64,000 bases of DNA from Escherichia coli (lineage in GTDB: Bacteria; Pseudomonadota; Gammaproteobacteria; Enterobacterales; Enterobacteriaceae). Below, one piece after another: positions 23,252-34,599 of this stretch; the stretch's first letter is position 1, and each line of letters begins with the position of its first letter. The notes beneath the pieces are model-generated. The model did no database searches and was not told where the DNA came from. It saw nothing but the letters and a program-made list of their open reading frames with translations. The stretch is taken from the NCBI RefSeq assembly GCF_024223415.1, contig NZ_CP100500.1. One strand, given 5' to 3'. Both the position numbers and the translations under genes were made by a program.

Positions 23252-23269
23252 TTCTTACAGTTGTAAGAA
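23252..23269 (+). promoter_or_regulatory. EvgA box upstream of frc
   Basis: TTCTTACA-GT-TGTAAGAA: the two 8-nt halves are exact reverse complements, and it lies about 250 nt upstream of frc. Confidence 0.6.
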
Positions 23270-23520
23270 TAACATCACAAATGTCGCGGCTCTCTCTGAT
23301 TACCGCGAACCAATATTTATCATATTCTTCTTTTCGTCCTCACTACTTACCATGCAGAAAGGAATTGGAAGTGGCGATGAAATGATTTTCAGCACTTGAT
23401 ACAGGAATTTAAAAATATCGAGTGCCGCTACGACGATATTTTGCGGATTATTTATAGAGGGCGTTATGCCTTAAATAAACGCTAAATTAACACATATTTA
23501 ATTAACTAATAGGTATTGCT

Positions 23521-24771
23521 ATGTCAACTCCACTTCAAGGAATTAAAGTTCTCGATTTCACCGGTGTGCAATCTGGCCCATCTTGTACTCAAATGCTGGC
23601 CTGGTTTGGCGCTGACGTCATTAAAATTGAACGCCCCGGCGTTGGTGACGTAACGCGTCACCAGCTGCGAGATATTCCTGATATCGATGCGCTTTACTTC
23701 ACCATGCTTAACAGTAACAAACGTTCTATTGAGTTAAATACCAAAACAGCGGAAGGCAAAGAGGTAATGGAAAAGCTGATCCGCGAAGCTGATATCTTAG
23801 TCGAGAACTTTCATCCAGGGGCCATTGATCACATGGGTTTCACCTGGGAGCATATTCAAGAAATCAATCCACGTCTGATTTTTGGTTCGATCAAAGGGTT
23901 TGATGAGTGTTCGCCTTATGTGAATGTAAAAGCCTATGAAAACGTTTCTCAGGCAGCGGGTGGCGCGGCATCCACTACGGGTTTTTGGGACGGTCCGCCG
24001 CTGGTAAGCGCTGCAGCGTTAGGAGACAGCAACACCGGAATGCATTTGCTGATCGGTTTACTTGCTGCTTTGCTGCATCGCGAAAAAACGGGGCGTGGGC
24101 AACGAGTCACCATGTCAATGCAGGATGCCGTATTGAACCTTTGCCGCGTGAAATTACGCGACCAGCAGCGTCTCGATAAATTGGGTTATCTGGAAGAATA
24201 CCCGCAGTATCCGAATGGTACATTTGGTGATGCAGTTCCCCGTGGTGGTAATGCGGGTGGTGGCGGTCAACCTGGATGGATCCTGAAATGTAAAGGCTGG
24301 GAAACAGATCCTAACGCCTATATTTATTTCACTATTCAGGAGCAAAACTGGGAAAACACCTGTAAAGCCATCGGCAAACCAGATTGGATTACCGATCCGG
24401 CATACAGTACAGCCCATGCCCGACAGCCACATATTTTCGATATTTTTGCTGAAATCGAAAAATACACTGTCACTATTGATAAACATGAAGCGGTGGCCTA
24501 TTTGACTCAATTTGATATTCCTTGTGCACCGGTTTTAAGTATGAAAGAAATTTCACTTGATCCCTCTTTGCGCCAAAGTGGCAGTGTTGTCGAAGTGGAA
24601 CAACCGTTGCGTGGAAAATATCTGACAGTTGGTTGTCCAATGAAATTCTCTGCCTTTACGCCAGATATTAAAGCTGCGCCGCTATTAGGTGAACATACCG
24701 CTGCTGTATTGCAGGAGCTGGGTTATAGCGACGATGAAATTGCTGCAATGAAGCAAAACCACGCCATCTGA
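23521..24771 (+). CDS. frc: Formyl-CoA:oxalate CoA-transferase (family III CoA transferase)
   Basis: 416-aa ORF starting [40 protein letters not shown], matching Frc/YfdW. Confidence 0.95.
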   Translation: MSTPLQGIKVLDFTGVQSGPSCTQMLAWFGADVIKIERPGVGDVTRHQLRDIPDIDALYFTMLNSNKRSIELNTKTAEGKEVMEKLIREADILVENFHPGAIDHMGFTWEHIQEINPRLIFGSIKGFDECSPYVNVKAYENVSQAAGGAASTTGFWDGPPLVSAAALGDSNTGMHLLIGLLAALLHREKTGRGQRVTMSMQDAVLNLCRVKLRDQQRLDKLGYLEEYPQYPNGTFGDAVPRGGNAGGGGQPGWILKCKGWETDPNAYIYFTIQEQNWENTCKAIGKPDWITDPAYSTAHARQPHIFDIFAEIEKYTVTIDKHEAVAYLTQFDIPCAPVLSMKEISLDPSLRQSGSVVEVEQPLRGKYLTVGCPMKFSAFTPDIKAAPLLGEHTAAVLQELGYSDDEIAAMKQNHAI

Positions 24772-24824
24772 TATTAACGGGGGCTTCTGGCTCCCAATTT
24801 ATAAAAATTTCGAGGTTATTAATC

Positions 24825-26519
24825 ATGTCAGATCAACTTCAAATGACAGATGGTATGCATATCATCGTTGAAGCATTAAAACAGAATAATATTGACACTA
24901 TTTATGGTGTTGTAGGTATTCCTGTGACGGATATGGCGCGCCATGCCCAGGCGGAAGGCATTCGTTATATTGGTTTTCGTCATGAGCAGTCGGCAGGCTA
25001 TGCCGCTGCGGCAAGCGGTTTTCTTACCCAAAAACCAGGGATCTGCCTGACAGTGTCTGCGCCAGGATTCCTCAATGGTTTGACCGCATTGGCCAACGCA
25101 ACGGTAAATGGTTTTCCGATGATCATGATTAGCGGCTCCAGCGACCGCGCGATCGTCGACCTACAGCAAGGTGATTATGAAGAGCTGGACCAAATGAATG
25201 CGGCAAAACCGTATGCCAAAGCAGCATTTCGCGTTAATCAGCCGCAGGATCTTGGCATTGCATTGGCACGCGCTATCCGGGTCTCAGTATCGGGTCGCCC
25301 TGGCGGAGTTTATCTTGATTTGCCAGCAAATGTCCTGGCCGCGACGATGGAAAAAGACGAAGCGTTAACCACGATTGTAAAAGTTGAAAATCCGTCGCCA
25401 GCATTATTGCCATGCCCGAAGTCAGTCACTAGCGCAATTTCGCTTTTAGCAAAAGCTGAACGGCCATTAATTATCCTTGGCAAAGGCGCGGCGTATTCAC
25501 AAGCTGACGAACAACTTCGTGAATTTATTGAAAGTGCCCAGATTCCATTCCTGCCAATGTCTATGGCGAAAGGGATCCTCGAAGATACGCATCCACTTTC
25601 TGCGGCAGCTGCGCGTTCGTTTGCCCTGGCAAATGCTGACGTTGTCATGCTTGTTGGTGCACGACTGAATTGGTTACTGGCACACGGTAAAAAAGGATGG
25701 GCGGCAGATACACAGTTTATTCAACTGGATATTGAACCGCAGGAAATTGACAGCAACCGCCCCATTGCTGTGCCAGTCGTTGGCGATATTGCATCCAGTA
25801 TGCAAGGTATGCTGGCAGAACTGAAACAAAACACATTTACGACTCCACTGGTATGGCGCGATATTTTAAATATCCACAAGCAGCAAAATGCACAAAAAAT
25901 GCATGAAAAATTAAGTACAGATACCCAACCATTAAATTACTTTAATGCATTAAGTGCTGTGCGCGATGTATTGCGTGAGAACCAGTATATTTATTTAGTT
26001 AATGAAGGTGCAAATACCCTGGATAATGCACGAAATATTATTGATATGTATAAACCACGTCGTCGTCTGGATTGTGGTACCTGGGGTGTCATGGGCATCG
26101 GTATGGGCTATGCCATCGGTGCTAGCGTGACCTCTGGTTCTCCGGTTGTCGCCATTGAAGGTGATAGTGCTTTTGGTTTCAGTGGGATGGAGATTGAAAC
26201 GATTTGTCGATATAACCTGCCGGTGACGATCGTTATTTTTAATAATGGCGGCATCTACAGAGGAGACGGTGTTGATCTCAGTGGCGCTGGTGCACCATCA
26301 CCAACAGATCTGTTGCACCATGCAAGGTATGACAAATTAATGGATGCGTTTCGTGGCGTTGGCTATAACGTCACCACGACAGATGAACTTCGTCATGCTT
26401 TAACCACCGGTATTCAGTCGCGCAAACCGACCATTATTAATGTGGTCATCGACCCTGCAGCAGGAACTGAAAGTGGCCATATTACCAAACTTAACCCAAA
26501 ACAAGTCGCTGGTAATTAA
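24825..26519 (+). CDS. oxc: Oxalyl-CoA decarboxylase (ThDP-dependent)
   Basis: 564-aa ORF with ThDP-enzyme organisation and a GDSAFGF-type ThDP-binding motif, directly after frc. Confidence 0.95.
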   Translation: MSDQLQMTDGMHIIVEALKQNNIDTIYGVVGIPVTDMARHAQAEGIRYIGFRHEQSAGYAAAASGFLTQKPGICLTVSAPGFLNGLTALANATVNGFPMIMISGSSDRAIVDLQQGDYEELDQMNAAKPYAKAAFRVNQPQDLGIALARAIRVSVSGRPGGVYLDLPANVLAATMEKDEALTTIVKVENPSPALLPCPKSVTSAISLLAKAERPLIILGKGAAYSQADEQLREFIESAQIPFLPMSMAKGILEDTHPLSAAAARSFALANADVVMLVGARLNWLLAHGKKGWAADTQFIQLDIEPQEIDSNRPIAVPVVGDIASSMQGMLAELKQNTFTTPLVWRDILNIHKQQNAQKMHEKLSTDTQPLNYFNALSAVRDVLRENQYIYLVNEGANTLDNARNIIDMYKPRRRLDCGTWGVMGIGMGYAIGASVTSGSPVVAIEGDSAFGFSGMEIETICRYNLPVTIVIFNNGGIYRGDGVDLSGAGAPSPTDLLHHARYDKLMDAFRGVGYNVTTTDELRHALTTGIQSRKPTIINVVIDPAAGTESGHITKLNPKQVAGN

Positions 26520-26588
26520 ATACTGACATCGTCTCCTCTTGCCAACTCATTATGCGAAGGTGAGGGGACCCTTATCGGAAATACTATT

Positions 26589-27533
26589 ATGCTAACATTT
26601 TTTATTGGCGATTTATTGCCTATTATCGTAATCATGCTGTTGGGTTATTTTAGCGGCAGACGAGAAACTTTTTCAGAAGATCAAGCCCGGGCATTTAATA
26701 AACTGGTATTAAACTACGCTCTTCCTGCGGCTCTATTTGTTTCTATTACCCGGGCAAACAGGGAAATGATTTTTGCGGACACTCGTCTGACCCTTGTATC
26801 ACTTGTGGTTATTGTCGGATGTTTCTTTTTCTCCTGGTTTGGTTGCTACAAATTTTTTAAACGTACCTATGCAGAAGCAGCTGTATGTGCATTAATTGCA
26901 GGTTCACCTACCATTGGATTCCTGGGATTTGCAGTTCTCGATCCTATTTATGGTGATTCCGTATCAACAGGTTTAGTGGTAGCAATTATTTCTATTATTG
27001 TTAACGCAATTACTATTCCTATTGGTCTGTATTTGCTGAATCCTTCCTCAGGAGCGGATGGTAAGAAGAATAGTAATCTGAGCGCATTAATTTCTGCGGC
27101 AAAGGAGCCTGTAGTATGGGCACCTGTTCTGGCAACGATCCTGGTGCTGGTTGGGGTAAAAATTCCGGCAGCATGGGACCCAACCTTTAATCTGATTGCG
27201 AAGGCTAACTCAGGGGTAGCGGTATTCGCTGCGGGGTTGACTCTGGCTGCACATAAATTCGAGTTCAGTGCCGAAATTGCTTATAACACCTTCCTGAAGC
27301 TGATTCTGATGCCACTGGCGCTGCTTCTTGTTGGTATGGCATGTCATTTGAACAGCGAACATCTGCAGATGATGGTACTGGCAGGCGCATTACCGCCGGC
27401 ATTCTCCGGAATCATTATTGCCAGCCGGTTTAATGTCTACACCCGCACTGGTACAGCGTCATTGGCTGTGAGCGTACTGGGTTTTGTCGTCACGGCTCCC
27501 TTGTGGATTTATGTCAGTCGACTGGTTTCATAA
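26589..27533 (+). CDS. yfdV: AEC-family membrane transporter YfdV
   Basis: 314-aa polytopic membrane ORF in the yfdV position of the oxalate cluster. Confidence 0.85.
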   Translation: MLTFFIGDLLPIIVIMLLGYFSGRRETFSEDQARAFNKLVLNYALPAALFVSITRANREMIFADTRLTLVSLVVIVGCFFFSWFGCYKFFKRTYAEAAVCALIAGSPTIGFLGFAVLDPIYGDSVSTGLVVAIISIIVNAITIPIGLYLLNPSSGADGKKNSNLSALISAAKEPVVWAPVLATILVLVGVKIPAAWDPTFNLIAKANSGVAVFAAGLTLAAHKFEFSAEIAYNTFLKLILMPLALLLVGMACHLNSEHLQMMVLAGALPPAFSGIIIASRFNVYTRTGTASLAVSVLGFVVTAPLWIYVSRLVS

Positions 27534-27606
27534 TTAATCATGTTATTGATTTTACATAAATGCCGAAGTGTCTTTTCACCTTCGGCTTTTTTCAAGGCAT
27601 AAGCAA

Positions 27607-28752
27607 ATGACAAATAATGAAAGCAAAGGGCCGTTTGAAGGCTTATTAGTTATCGATATGACACATGTCCTTAATGGACCTTTCGGAACTCAACTTCTTT
27701 GTAATATGGGCGCAAGGGTAATTAAAGTTGAGCCACCAGGTCATGGTGATGATACCCGCACATTTGGTCCCTATGTGGATGGACAGTCACTCTATTACAG
27801 TTTTATTAATCATGGTAAAGAGAGTGTGGTTCTTGATTTAAAGAATGATCACGATAAAAGTATATTTATAAATATGCTTAAACAAGCTGATGTATTAGCT
27901 GAGAATTTTCGCCCAGGTACAATGGAAAAACTGGGGTTTTCATGGGAAAGGTTACAAGAAATCAACCCGCGCCTCATATATGCTTCATCGTCAGGTTTCG
28001 GACATACCGGTCCGCTAAAAGATGCTCCTGCCTACGATACCATCATTCAGGCAATGAGCGGGATAATGATGGAAACAGGGTACCCTGATGCTCCGCCAGT
28101 GCGTGTTGGTACCTCTCTTGCGGATCTATGCGGCGGTGTTTATTTATTCAGCGGAATAGTGAGTGCACTTTATGGCCGCGAAAAGAGCCAAAGAGGGGCG
28201 CATGTCGATATAGCGATGTTTGATGCCACGCTGAGTTTTCTGGAGCATGGTCTGATGGCATATATTTCGACAGGGAAGTCACCACAACGCCTGGGAAATC
28301 GCCATCCCTACATGGCACCTTTTGATGTTTTCGATACTCAGGATAAGCCGATTACGATTTGTTGTGGTAATGACAAGCTTTTTTCTGCGTTATGCCAGGC
28401 ACTGGAGCTTACGGAACTGGTTAATGATCCCAGATTTAGCAGCAATATTTTACGCGTACAAAACCAGGCTATTCTTAAACAATATATTGAGCGGACGTTA
28501 AAAACGCAGGCAGCTGAAGTTTGGTTAGCCAAAATACATGAAGTCGGTGTGCCCGTAGCGCCGTTATTAAGTGTGGCTGAGGCCATTAATTTGCCACAAA
28601 CTCAGGCGAGAAATATGTTGATTGAAGCCGGAGGAATAATGATGCCGGGTAATCCGATAAAAATCAGCGGCTGCGCGGACCCGCATGTTATGCCGGGAGC
28701 GGCAACGCTCGACCAGCATGGGGAACAAATTCGCCAGGAGTTCTCATCATAA
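27607..28752 (+). CDS. yfdE: Acetyl-CoA:oxalate CoA-transferase YfdE (family III CoA transferase)
   Basis: ORF 27568..28752; a 381-aa product from internal Met MTNNESKGPFEGLLVIDMTHVLNGPFG matches YfdE and is a paralogue of Frc. Confidence 0.85.
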   Translation: MTNNESKGPFEGLLVIDMTHVLNGPFGTQLLCNMGARVIKVEPPGHGDDTRTFGPYVDGQSLYYSFINHGKESVVLDLKNDHDKSIFINMLKQADVLAENFRPGTMEKLGFSWERLQEINPRLIYASSSGFGHTGPLKDAPAYDTIIQAMSGIMMETGYPDAPPVRVGTSLADLCGGVYLFSGIVSALYGREKSQRGAHVDIAMFDATLSFLEHGLMAYISTGKSPQRLGNRHPYMAPFDVFDTQDKPITICCGNDKLFSALCQALELTELVNDPRFSSNILRVQNQAILKQYIERTLKTQAAEVWLAKIHEVGVPVAPLLSVAEAINLPQTQARNMLIEAGGIMMPGNPIKISGCADPHVMPGAATLDQHGEQIRQEFSS

Positions 28753-28773
28753 ATGTAAGATGTGCTGGTAAAT

Positions 28774-28801
28774 AGCTCCCACATTTGAACATTGTGGGAG
28801 C
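28774..28801. terminator. Hairpin between convergent yfdE and evgS
   Basis: Inverted repeat CTCCCACA-TTTGAACAT-TGTGGGAG. Confidence 0.5.
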
Positions 28802-28807
28802 CACTAT

Positions 28808-31800
28808 TTAGTTATTTTGTTGACAGAAAACAGCAATCTCCTGGTCCAGCTCTGCAATGTGTTCTTTTACAGAGTTCAGCAACTGAAGAATTTCAGGCTT
28901 ACTGTCATCTGAAACAGGTGTTATTTCTAACTGATGGCTAATATTAATCAACTTTTGCAAATTCAGGATGTTAGCCGCACCGTGGATGCGATGAATACAC
29001 TGATGGAAAGTTCTATTATCGCCAGCTTCTAGTGCATGAAACGCAGCGGATAAATCTTTATGTGTTTCATGCTGGAAAGTCATGAGAATCTCCTGCATCA
29101 GTTGTAGATCGTTCGCCGTATTATTTTTCAGGGCCTCGATATCAAGGTGGCGATACTGAGGTACAATATGCGCAACCTGGTGTAACTGACTTAAATGTGT
29201 TTTCAGTACATCCAGGGTCAACGGTTTGAACAAACATAAGTTCATGCCGCAATTTAACCCTTTTTCACGTTCGTTAGCCTGTGCGTTGGCTGTAAGCCCC
29301 CAGATGGGTAAGGACGAATTTTGCTCACGGAGTTTGCGAGTCAACTCAAAACCATCCATATTCGGCATATTAACGTCAGTAATAAGCAGATCATAATGTT
29401 GCATACTGACTTTGTGTAGCGCTTGCACACCATCAGTGGCTTCGTCAACATCATATCCTAATAGATTTAGCTGGCGTTTGAGTAATAGCCTGTTGGTCGG
29501 ATGATCATCCGCGATTAATATGCTCAACTTTTCAGGTAGTGTGATAGGTTGTTCTGCTTTTGCCTCGACAGCCGCCACTTGTTGGGTAATTTCTACCGGG
29601 ATTGTGATCGTAAATGTTGTTCCTATGCCTGGATGACTTTCTAATGACAAATCACCCTGCATGTTTTTAATTAATTCTTTGCAGATCATTAAGCCTAAAC
29701 CAGAACCTGTTTGCTGACGACCTGCACTTGTTTGGCTATAACGTTTAAACAGTTGTTGTTGTTCTTCCTGTGATAATCCACTTCCAGAATCCATAATCGT
29801 CATTTTGATTACAGCGTGGTTGTCATCAATGTGAACCAGGGCGGTCGTAATTTTTACTGCCCCCTCGGTGGTAAATTTGAGAGCATTACTCAGTAAATTT
29901 GATAAGAGCTGCTTAAACGCCTGAGGGTCGATCTTAACCAGGTAATGTTCAGGAAACGTACTGCTGCAACTTAATGCGATCGATTTGCTTGCAGTAATCG
30001 CACCGAAAGAGTGACAAGTGTTCTGGACTAAAGTAGGAATATCGACCCATTGTGGTTGAAGTTGATAGTTACCCGATTCAATTTTGTCGACATCAAGGAT
30101 TTCACCAATTAAGCCGAGGAGTGATTGTCCGGTGGCGTAGGCAAGTGAAATCGCCTCCACCCGTTGTTCCTTGCTAAGACCAGAACCCGACAGAAGTTCC
30201 AGGAAGCCCATAATGGAGCTTATTGGTGTTCTTATTTCGTGACTCATTGTTGCCAGAAACTGACTTTTTGCGACAGTTGCATTGATCGCTTTATTTCTCT
30301 CTACTTCGAGTGCATGAATTAAATCACGCGTCTCGGTAATATCTTGCCAACCACAAATATAAACAGCATGTTCGCTGGCTGGCAGATTACATAATGTATG
30401 CCAGTGATTAATGCATCTTTTCTCGATGCCATTATCAATTTCAAATACCTGTGTGTATATTGTTCGGTTTTCTTTCGTCTCTGCTGTGACTTCATGCGTA
30501 TTAGAAAAAACATCTTTAAAGGGTGATTCACTGTTTTCTAATGGCAACATTGCATTTTTGTAGTAATCAGCAGTGAAATAATGTTCAAATGCACTATTGT
30601 GACTAATGACATTACCTTGCCAGTTTACAACATAAGTTGGATTCGGTAAGGAGTCCGAGAGCGCTTTCCGGAATGATATTTGGTTTTCTAAATCACCCTG
30701 AATGACTTTACGACGACGAACTGAGCGTAACAGGTAGAATCCCCATAAAAGGCTACTGCCAACTAATAAAACGGATAATGTCGTAACAATATAAAATTGC
30801 TCGCTATAGAGGTCCCATGTGTCAATGGTCACATTGGGCATTTTAATCCATTTTTCGGTCAGGCGCAGAACTTCGCTTGGGGGGATTGCATTCAGTGCTT
30901 TATTAATAATATCCTTAAGTTCCGGTTCTCCGCGAGGAAAAGCGAACGAAAGCGATGCATTCGGAACGCCGGGAATAAGAAAATGATAAAGTTCATTAGG
31001 ATAGTAATGGTCGATCATGTAACGTGAATTTAACTGTGTCGCGACCAGAGCATCAAGTTCGCCTTCCTTGACCTTGTGAAATGCAGCGCTGGCGTTATCG
31101 ACTTTTATCCACTCTACCTCCGGATACATCTCTTTTAATTGCGAATGAAGCTCATAATAATATGGAATGGCAACTTTCATTCCTTTTTTTAATGTTTGTT
31201 CACTGTCAGGCGCTTTTTGCATGACAAAAACGTAAGGCGTTGTTATGAAGGCTTCAGCAAATAAAACATTATTTTCTCTATCTTCACTATAAATAGCACC
31301 GGGTAATATATCCCATCCGCCGGGATTCAGCTGTGTTCCGGCATGGATATTGTGTGAAACGGTGATCGGAGAAAAATTTAAACCTGTTTGCAAGGTAATA
31401 ATATTAAGAATGTCCCCCATAACGCCCCGAACCGAGCCATTTTCATCCGTCATAGAATAGGGGGGCGAGTAAGGATTTTCCAGCACCTTTAAATCGGGAT
31501 GCTGCTTAATCCACTGTTTTTCATGTTCAGTGAGTTCTAATGGCTTGTTCAGAAAGGCCAGGTTTCCTGTATCAAGCCAATTTTGTGATACTTCATAGCG
31601 AACTTCATTTGTTAAAGCATCAACAAATCGATTGAGTACTTCATTAAGAATGACAGATTCTTTTCTGGTTAAGAAGAAGTTATATTGACGCGGTGAGTTA
31701 TAATATTTCACTACATTTAAGGAGTGAGTGAAATAGCGGGAAATCATACTGCTGGTAATGATGTTACTACCAATAAAGTAATCATTCTGTCCGGCTGAGA

Positions 31801-32401
31801 CGGATGCTAATGCCTGATATAAATTTGTAAAAGAGATAATTGTTGCTTTTGGAAATGATTGATGAATTACCTCGTCAGGGGGATAATTTGCTACTCGAGC
31901 AATATTTACTGGTTTTGATGAGGTAAGCGGTCGCATTGAATCGTGAAGGGTGGTGACCAGTGCCGGAAAGGTAATTATCAGTGGTTTGGTTGCAGCAATG
32001 TCATCATTAAGAGGCGGCGAAGTAACTAAATGTGATAACACTATATCGACTTCACCTTCTTCCAGCGCGTCCATTGCTTTTTGATGATCGGCGTATTCCC
32101 GGAGTGTTAATTTGATATTTAACGCTCTTTTTAAAAGATTTAAATAATCAGCATTAATACCACGAACCCGTTGCTGCGAATCGGTATGCAACAACGTAGC
32201 CGTTTGGGACTTGTGTACTGCAATCACAAGATTTTTTTTGCTCGCTAACCAACGTAATTCCTTGTTGCTCAGACGTAGTGGATCAAGTGTGACACGGTTG
32301 TTACTACTGATGCCACGGTATTCGATGTAATCTTCGTCTGCGAAACTTATGGTCGACCAAAGACCACAACAGAGAAGAAAAATATAGGGTAAAAACTTCA
32401 T
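28808..32401 (-). CDS. evgS: Hybrid sensor histidine kinase EvgS
   Basis: 1197-aa ORF with a signal peptide, two periplasmic solute-binding-like domains, HisKA/ATPase, receiver and HPt domains. Confidence 0.95.
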   Translation of the reverse strand: MKFLPYIFLLCCGLWSTISFADEDYIEYRGISSNNRVTLDPLRLSNKELRWLASKKNLVIAVHKSQTATLLHTDSQQRVRGINADYLNLLKRALNIKLTLREYADHQKAMDALEEGEVDIVLSHLVTSPPLNDDIAATKPLIITFPALVTTLHDSMRPLTSSKPVNIARVANYPPDEVIHQSFPKATIISFTNLYQALASVSAGQNDYFIGSNIITSSMISRYFTHSLNVVKYYNSPRQYNFFLTRKESVILNEVLNRFVDALTNEVRYEVSQNWLDTGNLAFLNKPLELTEHEKQWIKQHPDLKVLENPYSPPYSMTDENGSVRGVMGDILNIITLQTGLNFSPITVSHNIHAGTQLNPGGWDILPGAIYSEDRENNVLFAEAFITTPYVFVMQKAPDSEQTLKKGMKVAIPYYYELHSQLKEMYPEVEWIKVDNASAAFHKVKEGELDALVATQLNSRYMIDHYYPNELYHFLIPGVPNASLSFAFPRGEPELKDIINKALNAIPPSEVLRLTEKWIKMPNVTIDTWDLYSEQFYIVTTLSVLLVGSSLLWGFYLLRSVRRRKVIQGDLENQISFRKALSDSLPNPTYVVNWQGNVISHNSAFEHYFTADYYKNAMLPLENSESPFKDVFSNTHEVTAETKENRTIYTQVFEIDNGIEKRCINHWHTLCNLPASEHAVYICGWQDITETRDLIHALEVERNKAINATVAKSQFLATMSHEIRTPISSIMGFLELLSGSGLSKEQRVEAISLAYATGQSLLGLIGEILDVDKIESGNYQLQPQWVDIPTLVQNTCHSFGAITASKSIALSCSSTFPEHYLVKIDPQAFKQLLSNLLSNALKFTTEGAVKITTALVHIDDNHAVIKMTIMDSGSGLSQEEQQQLFKRYSQTSAGRQQTGSGLGLMICKELIKNMQGDLSLESHPGIGTTFTITIPVEITQQVAAVEAKAEQPITLPEKLSILIADDHPTNRLLLKRQLNLLGYDVDEATDGVQALHKVSMQHYDLLITDVNMPNMDGFELTRKLREQNSSLPIWGLTANAQANEREKGLNCGMNLCLFKPLTLDVLKTHLSQLHQVAHIVPQYRHLDIEALKNNTANDLQLMQEILMTFQHETHKDLSAAFHALEAGDNRTFHQCIHRIHGAANILNLQKLINISHQLEITPVSDDSKPEILQLLNSVKEHIAELDQEIAVFCQQNN

Positions 32402-32405
32402 GTGG

Positions 32406-33020
32406 TTAGCCGATTTTGTTACGTTGTGCGAATGTGTAAAGATCCATCAGTGATTTACATTCTAATTTTTCCATCAGGCGACTTTTATAAGTGCTGACAG
32501 TTTTGTTGCTGATGAACATTTTTTCAGCAATGTCATTATTATCCTTGCCATCAAGAATATAGCGCATGACACTAATTTCTTGTTTCGATAAGGAGTCGAG
32601 TTTTTGCTGGTCGGACGTTAAACTTCCAACAAACCGGTTGAGAGAGAAGGGGAAATAGCAGTAGCCATTTTTTGCAGCTTCAATAGCCGCAATGATATTG
32701 TTCATGCCTTCTTTTTTACTCACGAAACCATTAGCGCCAGCATCAGCACAATGTTTCCCGTAAAAATGGTCATTTTTAGCGGAGACGATAATAATAATTC
32801 CGCTATATTGGCGCTTCCTCAGCGTTTCTAACACCTGGATACCGTTAACTCCGGGGATATCGACATCAATGATGACGATATCAGGCTTAAGTGTTTCCAC
32901 CCGCTGAACGGCACTTCCGCCTTCAGTCAACTCTGCTAAGATTTCAATATCGTTTTTGATCAATAAATTACGAATTGCTGCGATAGCAAGAGGATGGTCA
33001 TCAATAATTATTGCGTTCAT
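32406..33020 (-). CDS. evgA: Response regulator EvgA (NarL/FixJ family)
   Basis: 204-aa ORF starting MNAIIIDDHPLAIAAIRNLLIKNDIEILAEL with a LuxR-type HTH C-terminus. Confidence 0.95.
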   Translation of the reverse strand: MNAIIIDDHPLAIAAIRNLLIKNDIEILAELTEGGSAVQRVETLKPDIVIIDVDIPGVNGIQVLETLRKRQYSGIIIIVSAKNDHFYGKHCADAGANGFVSKKEGMNNIIAAIEAAKNGYCYFPFSLNRFVGSLTSDQQKLDSLSKQEISVMRYILDGKDNNDIAEKMFISNKTVSTYKSRLMEKLECKSLMDLYTFAQRNKIG

Positions 33021-33245
33021 AGATTATTCCCTTTGCAATGAAGCATCTCCCTTCTCCCTGTAGTAATACAGACATAAGGCATCATCTCATTTTCTCAATA
33101 AAAATAAGAAAATTTGAGCTTCCTTTAAGATAATTCGACAAGTATACCATATAAATAGTCGGCATATATGAAATGTCAACAATAAAATCAGGGATTATAC
33201 CGATGATTTATAGTTTCAAGTTAGCACTATAAGTCTTCTCACTAA

Positions 33246-33262
33246 TCCTACAGGCGTAAGAA
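33246..33262 (+). promoter_or_regulatory. EvgA box in the evgA-emrK divergent promoter region
   Basis: TCCTACA-GGCG-TAAGAA, resembling the EvgA-box half-sites with non-canonical spacing. Confidence 0.45.
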
Positions 33263-33435
33263 TTGTATTGCAAAAGCCACGGTTTAGTCCTCTGTTGTTT
33301 TTTTTGCACCTCATTTAAATTAGGCCTCCAACGTTCCTGGGATAATGTGCAACACATGCACTGTGTTTGATATGAAGAATGAATACTCTTTTCATTCAAT
33401 TCATAAATTTCATCTATGCGAAATGAGAGATAATA

Positions 33436-34599
33436 GTGGAACAGATTAATTCAAATAAAAAACATTCTAACAGAAGAAAATACTTTTCTTTATTGGCGAT
33501 AGTTTTATTTATTGCGTTTTCAGGTGCTTATGCCTATTGGTCAATGGAATTAGAAGACATGATTAGTACAGATGACGCCTATGTCACGGGGAATGCAGAT
33601 CCAATTTCTGCACAAGTCTCAGGTAGTGTCACTGTAGTTAATCATAAAGATACGAACTACGTTCGACAGGGTGACATTTTAGTTTCACTGGATAAAACTG
33701 ATGCCACTATCGCACTCAATAAAGCTAAAAATAATCTGGCAAATATTGTTCGGCAAACGAATAAACTGTACTTACAGGATAAACAATACAGTGCCGAAGT
33801 CGCTTCAGCACGTATTCAGTATCAACAATCTTTAGAAGATTATAACCGTCGTGTGCCTTTAGCGAAGCAGGGGGTTATTTCAAAAGAAACGCTGGAGCAT
33901 ACCAAAGATACGTTAATAAGTAGCAAAGCGGCATTGAATGCCGCTATCCAGGCTTATAAAGCGAATAAAGCTTTAGTAATGAACACACCATTAAACCGTC
34001 AGCCACAAGTCGTTGAAGCTGCGGATGCAACCAAAGAAGCCTGGTTGGCGCTTAAACGTACGGATATTAAGAGTCCGGTTACCGGCTATATTGCCCAGAG
34101 AAGTGTTCAGGTCGGCGAAACAGTGAGCCCCGGACAATCGTTAATGGCTGTCGTACCGGCACGTCAAATGTGGGTTAATGCCAACTTTAAAGAAACACAA
34201 CTCACGGATGTACGGATTGGTCAATCGGTCAATATTATCAGCGATCTTTATGGTGAAAATGTTGTGTTTCATGGCCGGGTGACAGGGATCAATATGGGAA
34301 CCGGCAATGCGTTCTCCTTATTACCTGCACAAAATGCGACAGGGAACTGGATCAAAATCGTTCAGCGTGTACCGGTTGAAGTTTCTCTTGATCCAAAAGA
34401 ACTCATGGAACACCCCTTGCGCATTGGTTTATCGATGACTGCAACTATTGATATGAAGGACGAAGACATTGCTGAGATGCCTGATCTGGCTTCAACCGTG
34501 ACCTCCATGCCTGCTTATACCAGTAAGGCTTTAGTTATCGATACCAGTCCGATAGAAAAAGAAATTAGCAACATTATTTCGCATAATGGACAACTTTAA
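33436..34599 (+). CDS. emrK: Multidrug efflux membrane fusion protein EmrK
   Basis: 387-aa ORF with an N-terminal TM anchor and HlyD-like periplasmic adaptor region. Confidence 0.9.
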   Translation: MEQINSNKKHSNRRKYFSLLAIVLFIAFSGAYAYWSMELEDMISTDDAYVTGNADPISAQVSGSVTVVNHKDTNYVRQGDILVSLDKTDATIALNKAKNNLANIVRQTNKLYLQDKQYSAEVASARIQYQQSLEDYNRRVPLAKQGVISKETLEHTKDTLISSKAALNAAIQAYKANKALVMNTPLNRQPQVVEAADATKEAWLALKRTDIKSPVTGYIAQRSVQVGETVSPGQSLMAVVPARQMWVNANFKETQLTDVRIGQSVNIISDLYGENVVFHGRVTGINMGTGNAFSLLPAQNATGNWIKIVQRVPVEVSLDPKELMEHPLRIGLSMTATIDMKDEDIAEMPDLASTVTSMPAYTSKALVIDTSPIEKEISNIISHNGQL

